Source: Magallana gigas (lineage: Eukaryota). From it: a stretch of 64,000 nt of DNA. Positions 12,700 through 26,493 of this stretch are shown piece after piece (the first letter of the stretch is position 1; each line of letters begins with the position of its first letter). A model generated the notes under the pieces. That model saw only the letters and a program-made list of their open reading frames with translations. It searched no databases and was not told where the DNA came from. The translations under genes and the position numbers were made by a program. The DNA is taken from NCBI RefSeq assembly GCF_963853765.1, contig NC_088861.1, forward strand, positions 32,550,001 to 32,614,000, given 5' to 3'.

Positions 12700-15600
12700 T
12701 TACATTTCGTTATATGCTAGTAAGCATATTCCTGATATTGATATTCATACCTATCTGTCCGATATTCAATGTCAAACGTTAACAACCGAAAAACAGGAAA
12801 ATTGTGATAAAACAATTGTGAAAAAAAGAATGTCAAAAAGCTCTGAATAATATGAAAGAAAATAAATCTCCTTGACAAGATGGTCTACCAAGAGAATTTT
12901 ATAAATATTTTTGTGAAGAAATAAAACATACATACTATGCCTCTCTAATAAACAATATTGAGAAAGGCACACTGCCATTTTCAAAGAGTAATGCTATTAT
13001 CTCGTAAATTCATAAAAAGGATGATAAAGATCGTTTAAAAAATTATAGAACTATAAGTCTTACAAATGTTGACTACAAAATATTTACGTTCTGGCTAATC
13101 GTTTACAAAAAGTTGCAAACAGAGTTATCTGCCGTGAACGAAGTGCATATATAAAGGGAAGATATATTGGCGAAAATGCGCGCTTTATATTAGACATATT
13201 TGAGTAGTACATAGATAATAATTTAGATGGCATTTTGCTCTTCCTTGATTTTGAGAAAGCGTTTGACTCTGTGGAGTATAATTTTATGTTTAAAACATTA
13301 GAACAATTCAAGTTTGGTGATAAATTCATTGATATGATTAAACTACTATACAATTAACCTATCTTTAAAATAAAAAAATAATGGATGGATTTCAAAATCT
13401 TGTGAAATGAAAAGAGGAATAAGACAAGGTTGTACTGTGTCTGCTTTATTGTTTATATTCGTAGTGGAAATTCTAGCAATTCAAATAAGGAAAAATCATG
13501 AAATACAAGGACTTAAATTCAATGAAAATTTTGATAGGGAATACAAAATAGTACAACATGTGGATGATTGTACAGATATGGTAAAAGAACCAAATTCTTC
13601 AAAGAATGCACTAGAGACTATACAACAATTCATTAGTAGCTGGTCAAAATTTAAATATTGAAAAAACTGAGTGTATATTAACTGGCAAATTTATAAAAAC
13701 ATATGAAACCGAAACTGTTATTGAAGGCGTCAAAATAAATCGTAAGAGTATTAAATCCCTTGGAATCTATCTTGGTCATAATAAAGATGAATGCTATAAC
13801 AGAAACTGGACGAGTAAACCAGAAAAATTATCTAGAATCTTAAGTGTATGGAAAAAACGAATTTTAACAATCTTCGGAAAATGTACGATTATAAATACAC
13901 TAGCAATTTCAAAATTGGTATATTATGCATTTATTCTTCAAAACCCAAAGAATATTTTAAAGGGTACCTGCAGTGTCGGTCAATTTTTGATATAATGGAG
14001 ATCTATGTGTAAAAACATCATCCTGAAATTTTACAGAGATTGCATAAGTAGTTTTCGAGATATTTGGGGAAAACCCGATTTTGCACCTGAACGAGTTCTG
14101 AATCAAGCCGATTTGGCGCGAGATGAACTGTGACGTCACAGGGTCAACGCCGCTGTGTGAGAAACAGGGATATCGTATGAAAACTGTTCGTTTTCTTGCA
14201 TTGATTTATTAATATATGAGCATTTTTTTCACTGTTATTATTTCCTTATAAACCCTGAATGACAAAATATACTGTTTTTTTTAGTTTAACCCGTATTTTA
14301 TCACACAAAAATGCCGAATTCGGAAAATTGTTTGCTTCATGAATTTAGTCAAATGTGTAACACATTTTACGTATAAATGCACACCATATGGCAAAATAAC
14401 AATTAATCAAAGAACTTTTGTTATAAGAAACATATTTTGTTAATAGTGTCATTCTTTCGAATGATTTTTCCGTGACATTATTAACTGATTAATAATATTG
14501 ATAATACATATTTCGTAAAAGGTAACGCGGGGTCTATTCCTCGTATAAGGCATAAAATTACAAATGATGTCGGCCGAGTATTCAATGATATTGATATCGA
14601 ACCAATAACAATGAAAATAGTATGCATTCTTTAACATTGAAAGAAACAAACACGGGATTATAAACGGATCAAGGCGAAAGTCCAAGATGGCTTCATGATT
14701 AAGTCTGTCTCGAATTCATTTTAAAATTCGATAATGGAATTTCATTTTACATTTATTTACATCCTTTGTTAAAATGTTCAAGTCTATTCAGACTTCATAA
14801 TGATTCGTTGTCAGTATAACAATTTAAACTATATGGAGTTAAAGCGTTAAATTGCTGAACAAAGCGCTCGAAAGAAAGTTGCACTTTATTAAATAAGAAA
14901 TTATAAAGACCAACGTAATTACTTCCGAAATAATTACTTGATCATATAAAAAAAGGTTTGAATTGCTGATTTGTAAATTTGGTCATTATTTAAGTGATTA
15001 GATAAGTAACAATAAAGGCATTTACTTCGAACATTAGCTTTCCTATTTGATAGTCTCATGCATGATTCTTTAATCACTGGTTGACGGACTATACACATGT
15101 ATTAGCTTACGAATGCTTGCTTTTACACAGTGTAATTTATTTTTCTGTTTTATTTTTTAACAATTGAGTAGCAAATTATACACAAATCAGTTCACCAGTC
15201 TAGAGGTGTGAAACCCTCTCTTTGTTCACCAGACTTGTGTACCATGTGTATACATACCCCAGATACACATGTGTCTGGAGCATTGGCTTCGTTAGTTTAC
15301 CTGTTTACCTGTGTCATTGACTCGGATCACTCGTGTGTGAAAGGATATTATGTAATCAAAAAATGAATAATGAACATAAATCTGCCCATGCAAGCGTTTC
15401 ATCGATGAAAAGGCGACGAGAGTAGCAAATTTTAAAATCCTTTAAAAGGAAATCTAACTGTAATAAAATAATTACGGATACAAATTTCTAAATCTATAAT
15501 ACCTAAAATAACTAGATACGTTAAAAAAATCAGACCTATATCAATCATATTGGCTGAAAAATCGAATTTAATTTGTATAGCTCTGTAAAGAAATTTCCCT

Positions 15601-17100
15601 CCTGTTGACCTCGTGACGTCACTTCTGCTGAAGCCTCGTTATCGCCTAATTGTGTTTTCTCTTGATTAGATTTCCCAAAGCAGGTAAAAATAGCCACTTT
15701 GAAGCGGCGTAACTCCGTTATTTTTGCACCGATTTCGATGCAGTTTTTTGCATTAAATTTTGGTAAATAAACTCTTTGACATATGTTTCACATCGGCTGG
15801 GCTGCAGGTTCCCATTAAAAATGTTTCAAAGACTTTATTTGAAAAAAAAAGATATAGAATAAAAAGAAATACACCGATTGGGAAAATTGAAAAAGGAGGA
15901 ATCAATATTGTGGAAAACGAAAGTAAATTTTTAGCCCGGCTAAAGCGTCAGGGATTAAAAGAATAACAAATAAATGTAGTATAACATATTATAGCTTGAA
16001 TGGCATGTTACACCAAATGAAAATATCCGTATTTGAAATTATCAAAATGACAGATACCAAAATTTGTAAAATACTACGTTTGCCTATTTTTTTATTATGA
16101 AGTCTTCTCTACTCTTTTTATTTATTTAAAAACGAGAAGAAATATTGTAATTTAAAAAGATATGAAATTCTGACAGAATGTATATGGTGTAATTCATTGT
16201 TTAAATATAAAGGACGAACTATTTGTTTTGTAAATTGGAAAAAAAAGATGGTTTTCTTTATACCAAAGACATTTTTGATAAGAATGGAGAGATCTATGAT
16301 ATTTCTTATTTTATGAATTTATTGAGAATGAGAAATAACATTCTTTGTGAATATGTAATGCTTAAGCAAGGAATGAAGGAATGTATAAAACTATTTAACT
16401 TTTCAAATGCAAAACATGTAAAAAAAATACTTGTAATTATATTTTTTTGTTTAAAAACAATGTACAGTTGTCAATTCATTCTTTGAAAAGCAATTTTTGT
16501 TATTCTATACTAGTAAATTCAAATCTTCTGTACCCATTGTATGAATCTATGTGGGAAAATCTGTTTGATCTTGAAACAACAGATTTCAACTGGGGAAATA
16601 TGTATTTTTCTAAAATTAAACAAATGTATCAAAATAATATTGCAGAATTTAACTATAAGTCACTGCATTGTATTGTATACAATAATTTGGCAGTAAGCAA
16701 GTGGAATGAAAATGTATCTCCACTATGTGATGTATGTAAATTAGTCGAAGATGCACAGCATTTGTTACTTAGTTGTGAAATGGTAAACAAAATATGGAAA
16801 CGAGTAGGGACATTTTTTGCGTCTCACAATAACATAGAAAACTATAGTCCTAGGTTTTTATAAAGATAATAATATTCATACCGTTATGTTTAACAATCTT
16901 AGATCTTTTGTATGTTTTACAATCTACAAATATAAAATGAAATGTAGATTTGATAATGAAATTATGTCAGAAAGAAACCTTATACAAAAACTAAAATATA
17001 ATCTTTGTTTACAAAATGATATTTTGAAATATGTGAAGAAATTTAGATCTAATAATAATATGTTTACTAACTTAGGAAATTATTTGTGAATGAATACATT
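12700..17100 (+). mobile_element. L1/Tx1-like LINE, 5'-truncated, degenerate ORF2
   Basis: NKSP*QDG, NYRTISLTNVDYKI, LDFEKAFDSV, GIRQGCTVSALLF, QHVDDCT, KRNLTIFGK, and C-terminal CDVC...HLLLSC zinc knuckle. Many stops and frameshifts. Confidence 0.9.
13961..15814. mobile_element. Kolobok-like non-autonomous element inside the LINE
   Basis: TTAA at 13957-13960 and 15815-15818. Termini AGGGTACCTGCAG / CTGCAGGTTCCCA. Removal restores KEYF|KNVSKTLFE. Confidence 0.8.
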
Positions 17101-17141
17101 GAATATATGGGGTTTTAATAAGTTTAAGACATGTCTGGATG

Positions 17142-18300
17142 TTAGGATGCCGTCGTTTTTATACATTCATGAAGAGCTCGCTTCTTTCCGGTTCCATCCT
17201 CTCTCTGTACTGGTACTTCTTTGTTTGGCTGGCGCAATACGATGTATGCTTCCTCCTCACACTTATCTGCAATCGTGTGCTTACCATCGAAAGCAACAAC
17301 CTTGACAAGAACTATATCTCCTTCATGAATTGTTAAACCTCTTACCTTTAAATCATAATACTTACCCTGTTTCGCTCTTGACCAATCAGCTGATTTTCTC
17401 GTCAGATGGTACGCTGTCTTCTTTCTTGTTCTGAGGTCTTCTATGTACTTGGTTAGTGATTTTTTCTCTTGATTGTTGATTCCGAAGGCAACATCAATCG
17501 GCAAAAGTGGTTCACGGCCAAACATCAATCTGTACGGTGATTGTCCTGTACTCTCATGCCTGGTACTGTTGTATGCCTGCACCTGGGGAAAAAAGTACTT
17601 CTTAAAGTTGGTCTTTTGGGTCGGTTGGAGAGTTCCAAGCATGTTGAGTAGCGTCCTGTTGAATCTCTCACACATCTCAGTGCCAATGGGATGATAGGGA
17701 GTGGTCCTTGATTTCTTCATCCTTGTAAGCAGACATAGTTCCTTGATGATATTTCCATCAAAATTTGCCCCCTGATCACTATGTAATCTGACTGGAATGC
17801 CATAATTGGTAATGAAATTGTTGTAGAAGGTCTCTGATGTGGTTTTAGCTGTAAAGTTCTTTGTGGGCACAGCCACAGCAAACCTAGAAAAATGATCTGT
17901 AATGAGCAGTATATGCTGGAATCCTCCTTTAGATGGTTCAAGTGTCAGGAAATCCATGCACACCAATTTAAGGGGGTATGATGTCTGGATTGGCATGAGA
18001 GGGGCTCGCTGGGTAGTTGGAACATTCCTACGTAAAAACATATGGCAATTCTTGATCCATCTATCAATATCACAATTCATACCATTCCAGTAGAATCTGT
18101 CGCGGACCAAGGGTGTTACACGGTCACGTCCTTGATGTCCGAAATCATTGTGCAGATTTTGCCACCAGTAGAATCGTATCGCTTGGAACTACTATATGTT
18201 TTCTGCATGTATCAACTATGGTAACTTTCCTCTTTAAGATTCCTTCTTCCATAATTAATAGATGAAAATTCCTAAAAAGTGCTAGAGAATGAGAACAGGT
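17142..18300 (-). pseudogene. Gypsy integrase
   Basis: CMDFLTLE, TDHFSRFA, HSDQGANF, ERFNRTL. The C-terminus breaks off after KKRALH. Confidence 0.92.
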
Positions 18301-18311
18301 TGGTAGATCAC

Positions 18312-18985
18312 TCATTCGGGGTCTCTTACCTGATTTGACATAATGCATTCCTTTCTGTAATACTGGGTCTTTGTGTTGTGTTGAGCTTCTTTCCAGTCAA
18401 CCTGTTGAAATTGAGAAATTTCAGAATTTAACTGATTAACTAATTCTGAATCGACAAATACATTTTCTACAAAAGGAATCTCTAACTGAATAGATTGACA
18501 TAATGCTTTCATACATTCATCTGAAATAGAAGACATGTCATTAGTTTGTTCAGTTAGTCTAGATAGTCCGTCTGTGTCCGAGTTCTTAAATCCAGGTCTG
18601 TATTGAATATCTAAATCATAATTAGCTAAAGAAGCCAACCATCGATGACCTGCAGAGTCCAACTTTGCTGAGGTCAAGACATAAGTAAGTGGGTTATTAT
18701 CCGTCAAGACTTTAGTCTTACTCCCTAGTAAATAAAAAATAAAATCCTTAAATTTGTCGCATACTGCCCACATCAGTCCTAAAAATTCAATGTTTTGGGC
18801 AGGATAGTTTTGTTCTGGTTTAGTGAGACTCCTACTGGCATAGCTGATCACTCTCTTCCCATCTCCTTGTTTCTGATATAGAACTGTGCCAAAAGCAATC
18901 TTACTTACATCTATGTGAAGTTCGAATGGCAGACTGTAATCAGCATACAAATGTAACAGAGTATAAGTGGAATTGCTAATGCTTC
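18312..18985 (-). pseudogene. Gypsy RNase H
   Basis: YADYSLPFELHIDVS, YASRSLTKPEQNYP, TDNNPL, TDGLSR. Confidence 0.92.
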
Positions 18986-18990
18986 CTTAA

Positions 18991-20195
18991 AGGAAGTGAA
19001 CTTCAAAAAAAAAAATTAATTGTTGCTTAATAAATTTTAAAAGCCTTTTGAAACTTAAAAATGAGGTATGTTACCTTTTTGTTTATTTCTATCAAGAGAT
19101 TATATCAATTTACACTCTCAGTGAAAAGTTTATGGAGGTAATCCATTATTCCCCAGCATGCATCTGTTCTCTGACGTAGATAAGCCACATTGCTGCTGGT
19201 GACTGGGTCAATGTTTGAACTAGGCCAGTGTTTATGTACAGAGTTGATAAAAGTTACAAAGAAAAATATGCCTTGATGTGAAGAAAAATAATGTGTGTAC
19301 TGTCATGAGAAGACAAGGATTTAATACATTTCTATAAATGAAGCTCAAATAACTATTTATTTATTTATTTATTTATTTATTTATTTGTAAAATATCAGAC
19401 CATCACATTCCAGATGTTTGTACGGAGATGTGGCAGTCAGTGTTTACATAAATAAAATGCTTTTTATAGATTTCAATTTAAATTAATATGAAATTGTAAT
19501 TTCATTTTCTTTGTGGGATTTCTTACCGTTACCTTTTATTTAAATGCCCTGGAAATATTTCTGATTTTTTTTTTGATACATAAGATCTTGATGATATATA
19601 CGCCGGTTCTGTTTATGCTGTCAGAAGAATAACAGAACTACTTAAGCCACTTTTTAAAAGTCAGGATGCTGTGCAATGCACCTTGTGTGCTCATTTATGT
19701 AGCACATATAATGTTCAAACTCATAAACAAGAAATTCCCGAGTGCAAGAAAAAAAAGGTCACAATAACACTGATCCACGGACATTCCATTCTAGTTACAT
19801 GTCACATTAACTGCTGGTGGGAAAGCATCATTCTGAGATCCAAAATCTTCCTCCATAAACACTGTTTAAAATGACAATTTTTTTACATCCCTTTCAAGAT
19901 TCCATTCACATTTTGATGATGGCATTTTATCTCTGTTACTAAACGTGTGTAAAAATGCAATGTGTATCACTGACGGCAACATCAGTGCTGCCCTCTCTTA
20001 GATGCTTAGAGATAATCCAGCAGGGAGGTAATGATTTTAACAATATGGCAGCGCTCATGGATTGCAAGAATTAGTTATTCTAAGTGATATATCTTTTTAC
20101 TGAGGAAAGCTCTGTCTAAACGGTTTTCAGATATCATTGTACACATCAAACAGACAAATTTGAGCCCTTGATAATTTTTTTCATGTTCACGTTCT
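18991..20195. mobile_element. Kolobok-like non-autonomous element inside the Gypsy RT-RH junction
   Basis: TTAA at 18987-18990 and 20196-20199. Imperfect TIRs AGGAAGTGAACTTCAAAA / rc AGAACGTGAACATGAAAA. Removal gives FDRL|KEALAIP...YADYSLPF. Confidence 0.75.
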
Positions 20196-20199
20196 TTAA

Positions 20200-21082
20200 G
20201 TCTGTCAAAAGCATTCTGTTCCTCACTTCCAGACTTTTCCTTTCTTCTTGCTTGATCTCTTACTCTTTGTTGAAGTATATCTAGATGTTCTTGATATGTT
20301 CTTGAGAAGATGATAATGTCATTAAGAAAAATAATACAGATGTAAAGGTTCAATTCTCCAAGACGGTCTTCCATAAGTCTCTGGTATGTAACCAGGCTGT
20401 TCGAAAGGCCAAATGGCATCCTATTATACTCAAAGAAGCCTAAGGAGCCAACAGTAAAAGCTGTGCGCTCTTTGTGGCTCTCCTCAATTTCTATTTGATG
20501 GTATCCAGATTTGGTATCTAGAACTGTGAAGTAGGAATAGTCCGATAAACTGTCTAGGATCTCCTCAATTCTTGGAAGGGCATAGGCATCTTTCTTGGTC
20601 TTGTTGTTCAACTGTCGGTAATCCACACACATCCCTAAATCTCCGTGTTTCTTCCTCAACAAGACAACGTTGCTGGAAACTGGCGACTTGGATTTCATGA
20701 TGATTCCTGGTGTCAGTAGTCGTTGTATGTGATCTCTGATTTCCATAAACATGGATGGGGGTATTCGCCTGTGACGCTGTCTAAAAGGTGTATGATCCGT
20801 CATCTCTATTCTGTGTTTGACTGTGGAGACGTGGCCAATATATGTTTCACCCCAGGAGAAAATGTCTTTATTTCTTGCTATCACCTCTTTGGCCTTGGCA
20901 AATTCCTCCTTTGTCAGGTTGTCTTGGGCAATATTAAAGTCTACTACCTGGGACGTGTTGTATCCTGCAGGAAATTCTGGTATGTCCTCCACAGTGACTG
21001 GCTGGATTTCTGCAATAATCGCTCTAGGTGGTACCCTGACAGTCATTGTTACAAATGTATCACATTGCTTACAGTCACCCAC
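20200..21082 (-). pseudogene. Gypsy reverse transcriptase (internal deletion after the catalytic motif)
   Basis: LGMCVDYRQLN, DAYALPRIEE, LDTKSGYHQ, RMPFGLSNS, degenerate FLNDIIIFS (YLDD position). Confidence 0.92.
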
Positions 21083-21359
21083 ACTGTCTCTCTCTTCTGG
21101 GGATTATAGTCCACTAAGTTTGGGATGATGTCTAAATCTGCAGGAATTGCTGATTTCTCTGTTGTCTGAATAATTGGTATGGTATGCTTATCCTTTTATT
21201 GTCACTTCGGAATTTGGCTGGATAGTAATGGGATTTCTTTCCGCGGACTTGATTACTGCTAGTCGGTATTTATTCTTTAGCAGCTCTTATTCCCTTGTAG
21301 CTAAACATCTAAATGTCCAAAACCAGGGTTCATGTAGTTTTGTTATTAGCATATATCTG

Positions 21360-21710
21360 TCACCGTGATATTTCTTTTATTCCCCCTATAATGGAATTAA
21401 GAATATTAGTCCCTAATAAAACTGGAGTATTCTTGTGATAATCTGTCTCATTCACAACTAGGAACAGACATCTATATTCTCTCTCATCTCCGAGTCCATC
21501 AGATACAACTTCTAGCTCTACTGCTCCTTTGTAAGGTAAATTACTGCCATCTGCACACTTCAAATCGAATACATCTTCAATGTCCCCAATTTCTTTATCT
21601 GGAACATTTTCATAGTAAAAGTATTCACGTATAGTGGAAACTGTAGATCCTGTGTCTAGTAAAGCAGGTGTAGTTATTCCATTTATTTTAATTTCTACTT
21701 CAATAGTGTC
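21360..21710 (-). pseudogene. Gypsy aspartic protease fragment
   Basis: ALLDTGSTVS on the - strand (~21640-21665); KCADGSNLPYKG...PVLLGTNIL. Confidence 0.8.
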
Positions 21711-21766
21711 TCAAATGATTCCTGGTAATTGACGCTGTTCATATCTCTGTCGACCTAGCGTCCGCG

Positions 21767-22809
21767 TCAAGAAGCAGGTAGCTGTGAGTTTAAATCTCGT
21801 TTGTGGCCCAAGCACACAACTTCTCTCTCACCTCTTCTCTCTTGTGTGTCATCTTTTCCTCGGTTTCTATAATTTTCTTGATACTGTTGATTCTGAAAAT
21901 ATTCTCCTTGACCTTGAAATCTTGAATTATGTGGTTTCTCAGTTTGATATTTCTGACGTACAACACCAATATCCTCTTTCATCTGATTCACCTTAGTGTC
22001 CATCTTTTGGATCATTGCTTTACATTCATCCATTTTTGAATCACTTGTAACAGTCTGATGGAAAGTGGCTTTTTTACTGGCATCTTTATGTCTGATCTTA
22101 TCTTGATCTACCTTCCTAATTGCCTTTCTTAATTCATCAAAGTCAATGCACTCTTTAAATATATGGCCAGTTATGTCCTTTAGGTTTTCTGCAAGTCTAT
22201 TCCAGAACATGTTTCGCAACATCTGATCTGTATTTGTTGGAAGAATTTCACCATTTTGTATCACCTTATTCAACAGATCCTCTAATCGACAGCTCCATTC
22301 TGAAACATCTTCATTTTCTTTTTGAGATGTACTATAAAACTGGGACAAAAGATTCTCATACAATCAACAATTCCATAGACGCTGTCAAATCTCTGCAAAA
22401 TTTCACCAATGTATGCTTCTGTTCCGAGTCGCATCAGGACTCTTGCTGCATTTCCTCGAAGTGATCTTCTGATGCTCTGCAGAACTGTTGATGTCTTAAC
22501 ACCATCTCTAATCAAACGCTCAACTTAATAACGTCACAAATCATATGACGTTTCGCCTTTCTTATCTCCAGAAAAGAATGGCAGTTTCGGAGTGTTAGTG
22601 GTATATGATGTTGTTTCTTTCGAACTAATTGATGCATCATTATCCTGAGGTATGCCCATCTGCAATGTCCTTGGTGCCGCCCAATCAACATAACTAATCA
22701 ACCAGGATTTAGGTTCTTCTCCAGATTTTAGTTTTGGTTTCACTCCAAGTTCCTTGAAAGATTTAGCTAACTTTTGCAGTTCCTCCTGTGTAAAGTCCTC
22801 TTCTGACAT
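21767..22809 (-). pseudogene. Gypsy Gag (PNMA-like capsid), frameshifted
   Basis: PKLPFFSGDKKGETSYDL, IRRSLRGNAARVL, SCRLEDLLNK; degenerate zinc knuckle VVCLGH. Confidence 0.8.
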
Positions 22810-22941
22810 GATGATTCAACACCTTATATAACTAAACTAACTACTTAAATAAGTTTCTATTCTAACTAAATTCTAAGCTAATAAACCTAAATAAACTGAT
22901 GAATTAGCTTAATTGAATAAATAAAAGTTTCTGAAATAAAT

Positions 22942-23069
22942 NNNNNNNNNNNNNNNNNNNNNNNNNNNNNNNNNNNNNNNNNNNNNNNNNNNNNNNNNNN
23001 NNNNNNNNNNNNNNNNNNNNNNNNNNNNNNNNNNNNNNNNNNNNNNNNNNNNNNNNNNNNNNNNNNNNN
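22942..23069. other. Assembly gap (128 N)
   Basis: Run of N. Confidence 1.
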
Positions 23070-24081
23070 TTAATTAGATCAATTAATAAATCTACATCAA
23101 TTAATCTACAGTTAAGAGTAGTAAGTCAAATTCAATCAATAAGTTCAAAAAGAAATTAACTAAATCTAAGTAAGTTTAAACCAGATAACTAAGTTCTAAA
23201 TAAATAACTAAGTTATATCAGTACTGATTATTACTAATTACTCAAAAATAAATCCTTGATATGTGGAAAAAAAATAGCGGAATGAAATAGACACGAAATA
23301 GAAGAAACCGACACGAGTTGGTTGATATAAAGAAACCGACGCGATTACCTAAATATTGAAGTCCAATAACCTGAATATCAAAACACAATATACACAATAA
23401 ATCTGTAAATATCTTACACCAATTGCATGTATACTTTATTCCAGGCATGAGAGGCACTACCTTCCATGAAGTCAAACAGACAGATTCGAGGAACTTCTAT
23501 CATGTCTATGGAGAATGTCAAATAAACCGTTACTCTATAAAACCCTAATAGTCAATGATAAATGATTAAATACTCTAATAATCAATTATAAATGAGAGAG
23601 CTGAAATGAAGTGCAATGTTAGTAAACACTCTTTTCACACAGGGTATAGGGAGTAATACTAAGTTTAAGCTGCTGTAAAACAAGATATACTATTTATTGT
23701 GATATATTCAAATCAACCTGATTAATTCTTATCTGAAGAAGAAGAACAGACCAGCCAGAACTTCAATACCAATGACTGATTACCAAATATACACCAGACT
23801 TGCACCAAGAGTTGTAAACTTTGTTTTCACCGGATGTTATTACAAAGTGTAAAGGTCGAATGTCAAAGTATAATTTTTATAAAAATTAGGATTTCGGATA
23901 TTTCCGAATTTTAGTTTGAGTAAAGTTTGTTTTTTTAATTTGCTATTTCGTACGTCTTTCTTTTTTTTTACAATAGCCGCGTTTCGAGTTCATCCGTAAC
24001 AACGTTTTTATTCGTTTTTTAATCACGCCAGGTCAAAAATGTGCAGCAAGTAAACTTCCGGTTTTACGGCGTCTCATAACT

Positions 24082-26493
24082 ATGACCGAACGAATTCATT
24101 TTTACGGGTTTCAAGTACCGGATCTAAATAAGTATCTGCAAGACAGAGGTATAAGTTGCAGTATATGCAAGAAAATAGACCTTGTGCGCTTGTGAGAGCT
24201 TGCAGCGGAACTTCGTCTTGAGGTAATCGTTCGTTCACTGAAGCCTGATTAAAAGCTAATTTTGACATTCGAAGTCAGAGCGACGAAAATAATAGTACCT
24301 ATCATACATTTTATAAATAATTCAAATTCATATTTTTCATGGATGTTTTGTGTGTAGTATAACCGGGTTAAACACATAATCATTCTGTGCAATGATGGCT
24401 TAAGGTTTTGACATCTTCAAATGACGAAGAAGAGTACTCTGTGTTTGATGCAAGGCGCAGGACGGTGGCAGTAGGGAACGACAAAATTATTTTAGACCCT
24501 GTAATTGCCGTGACCGAGTAATAAGACTTTCATTTCCACACTTTTTATAAAATTGTTTCTATTGACCATGTTGACAAAGCTTTTTAGTATTTCAAACTAA
24601 ACAATATGGGGTTAACACACACTATACCCACTTTAGTTTTCACAAAGTGAACTGAGCATTTTCATAGCATTGGAAATTTAAATACTATCTATAAAGTGTA
24701 TACTACTTTTGCAGGAGTAAGGATTTGGCCAGTGTACCAGACTTTGAATCGTGTGATGTGCTGGTATACTTAATGAGATGGTGTGGGTGGACTCACGAAC
24801 GACTAAGACTTTATAAGCAGGATAATGGGTATCGTTTACACATGGCTTGCCATATTGATGACGTCAAGGCTGCCTATCATCTTCATCAGGAATATATATA
24901 CTTGAGGGCAACCTGCATGCCTGAGACCAGACTTATGATGTCTGGATCTTGGCAAACAAGACAACTGGGGAAATTTTGTCAGGCGGATACACTTGTGTGG
25001 CGTAAGTATATTCCAGATTGAGGTAACCTTATGTTACAGGGTTGTCTCTAAGACCCATGGATTTTCCTTCCTTATACTGACATAATACCCCAATTATTCT
25101 GGTATTCCCATTCACCCTCCTGCTAGGTGAGGAGCCCCAGACACCCTTCTACTTTTTTAAATGTTCCCTGCCATTTCAATTGTAAAGGGACAACCCTGCA
25201 TTTCATTCATGGTATTCTCTGTTTCCATGAAAGCATAATCTCACAAAACTGATACGTATAGAGAAGAATTTGTAGTCACATTCTTATTATTGAATAATTC
25301 AGGTTCATATTGCATGTATTAGTAATAATTTACAAATGAAAAATAATTGAATTCTTATATATTTTTTTCAGGGACAATGGAACTTGCAAGCACTGTGTTG
25401 CTTTTATATTCTCCCTATCAAGTTTTTGTGAGAGACACAGAGACCGAGGAACAGAATTAGGTACCGACATGCAGTGTATCTAGGATAAACCTAGGAAAAA
25501 ATCCAATCCCCAGAAGATCTCGGACATTGATATGAGGGTGGACCAGACGCATCCCCAAACAACATCCGCAACTACTGACTCATACAACCCGATCGTTCCC
25601 GTTCAAGGTCCAATGGCCAACCATGAAAGGGACTTCTATGAATTATGTAGAGGTACAGGGGCGCTTCTGTTACAGACACTGTATGATGAGTCTTATGTAA
25701 GTGATGATGATGATGATGATAATGTTGTACTTCCATCAATGTCAGATGCCTGCAAGAATATGCTACCACCTTATGACATTTTTTCTGTAACTGAAAAATT
25801 GAAGAATATTTTTGATAAGAAAATAATTACTGAAATTGAAGATCAAACTAAAGGACAGGATGAAAATCAAGAATGGTATGAACAAAGAATTGGTAGAATT
25901 ACTGCATCACATATTTCATCAGTTTTAAATTTTAGATTTACTGAAAATGAAGAGAACTTTATTTCAAAAATGATTATGAGGAAAACTTCTAAAGCATCTA
26001 TACCTTCTATGGCATTTGGCAAGCTACATGAACCAGTTGCTAGACAGCTATATTTTGATAATTATTTAAAACAGCACAAACACGCAGAGACTAAGTTATG
26101 TGGTTTATATGTAGACTCAGATTATCCATTTTTAGGGGCTTCCCCAGATGGTGTTATTAAGTGCAAGTGTTGTGGTGAATGATTACTTGAGATAAAATGT
26201 TCCTTCTTGTATCAAAATAAAATGCCCAAAGATGCTTGTATTGATGACCATTATCATGTTGTCTTCGATGAAAATGAAAATATAAGACTGAGATTTGATT
26301 CTCCATGGTATGTACAAATTCAAGGCCAGCTAGGTGTGTGCCTAAAACAGTGGTGTGATTTTGTATTTTACACAAAAAAGGGCTTTATAGTTGATCGTAT
26401 ATATTTTGATGAACTCGTCTTTCAGAGAATTGTTGACAAATCTCAGATGTTTTTTTTGAGAAATACCTCTTCAGAGCACTAAGAAAATTGTAA
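24082..26493 (+). pseudogene. SAP-like / SWIM / YqaJ (lambda-exonuclease-like) protein, multi-exon
   Basis: N-terminal LNKYLQDRGISC (SAP-like); TC.A|GTCKHC (SWIM); WYEQRIGRITAS, GASPDG, LEIKC, QIQGQL (YqaJ). In-frame stops at 25481 and 26180. Confidence 0.85.

Larger units (their letters stand above)
17142..23500 (-). mobile_element. Ty3/Gypsy LTR retrotransposon, degenerate, 3'-truncated, LTRs unresolved
   Basis: Domain order gag-PR-RT-RH-INT on the - strand. Confidence 0.92.

Noticed and set aside
23070-23700. Gypsy 5' LTR and PBS
   Set aside because: No second LTR to compare, no clear TG...CA or PBS, and an assembly gap is adjacent.
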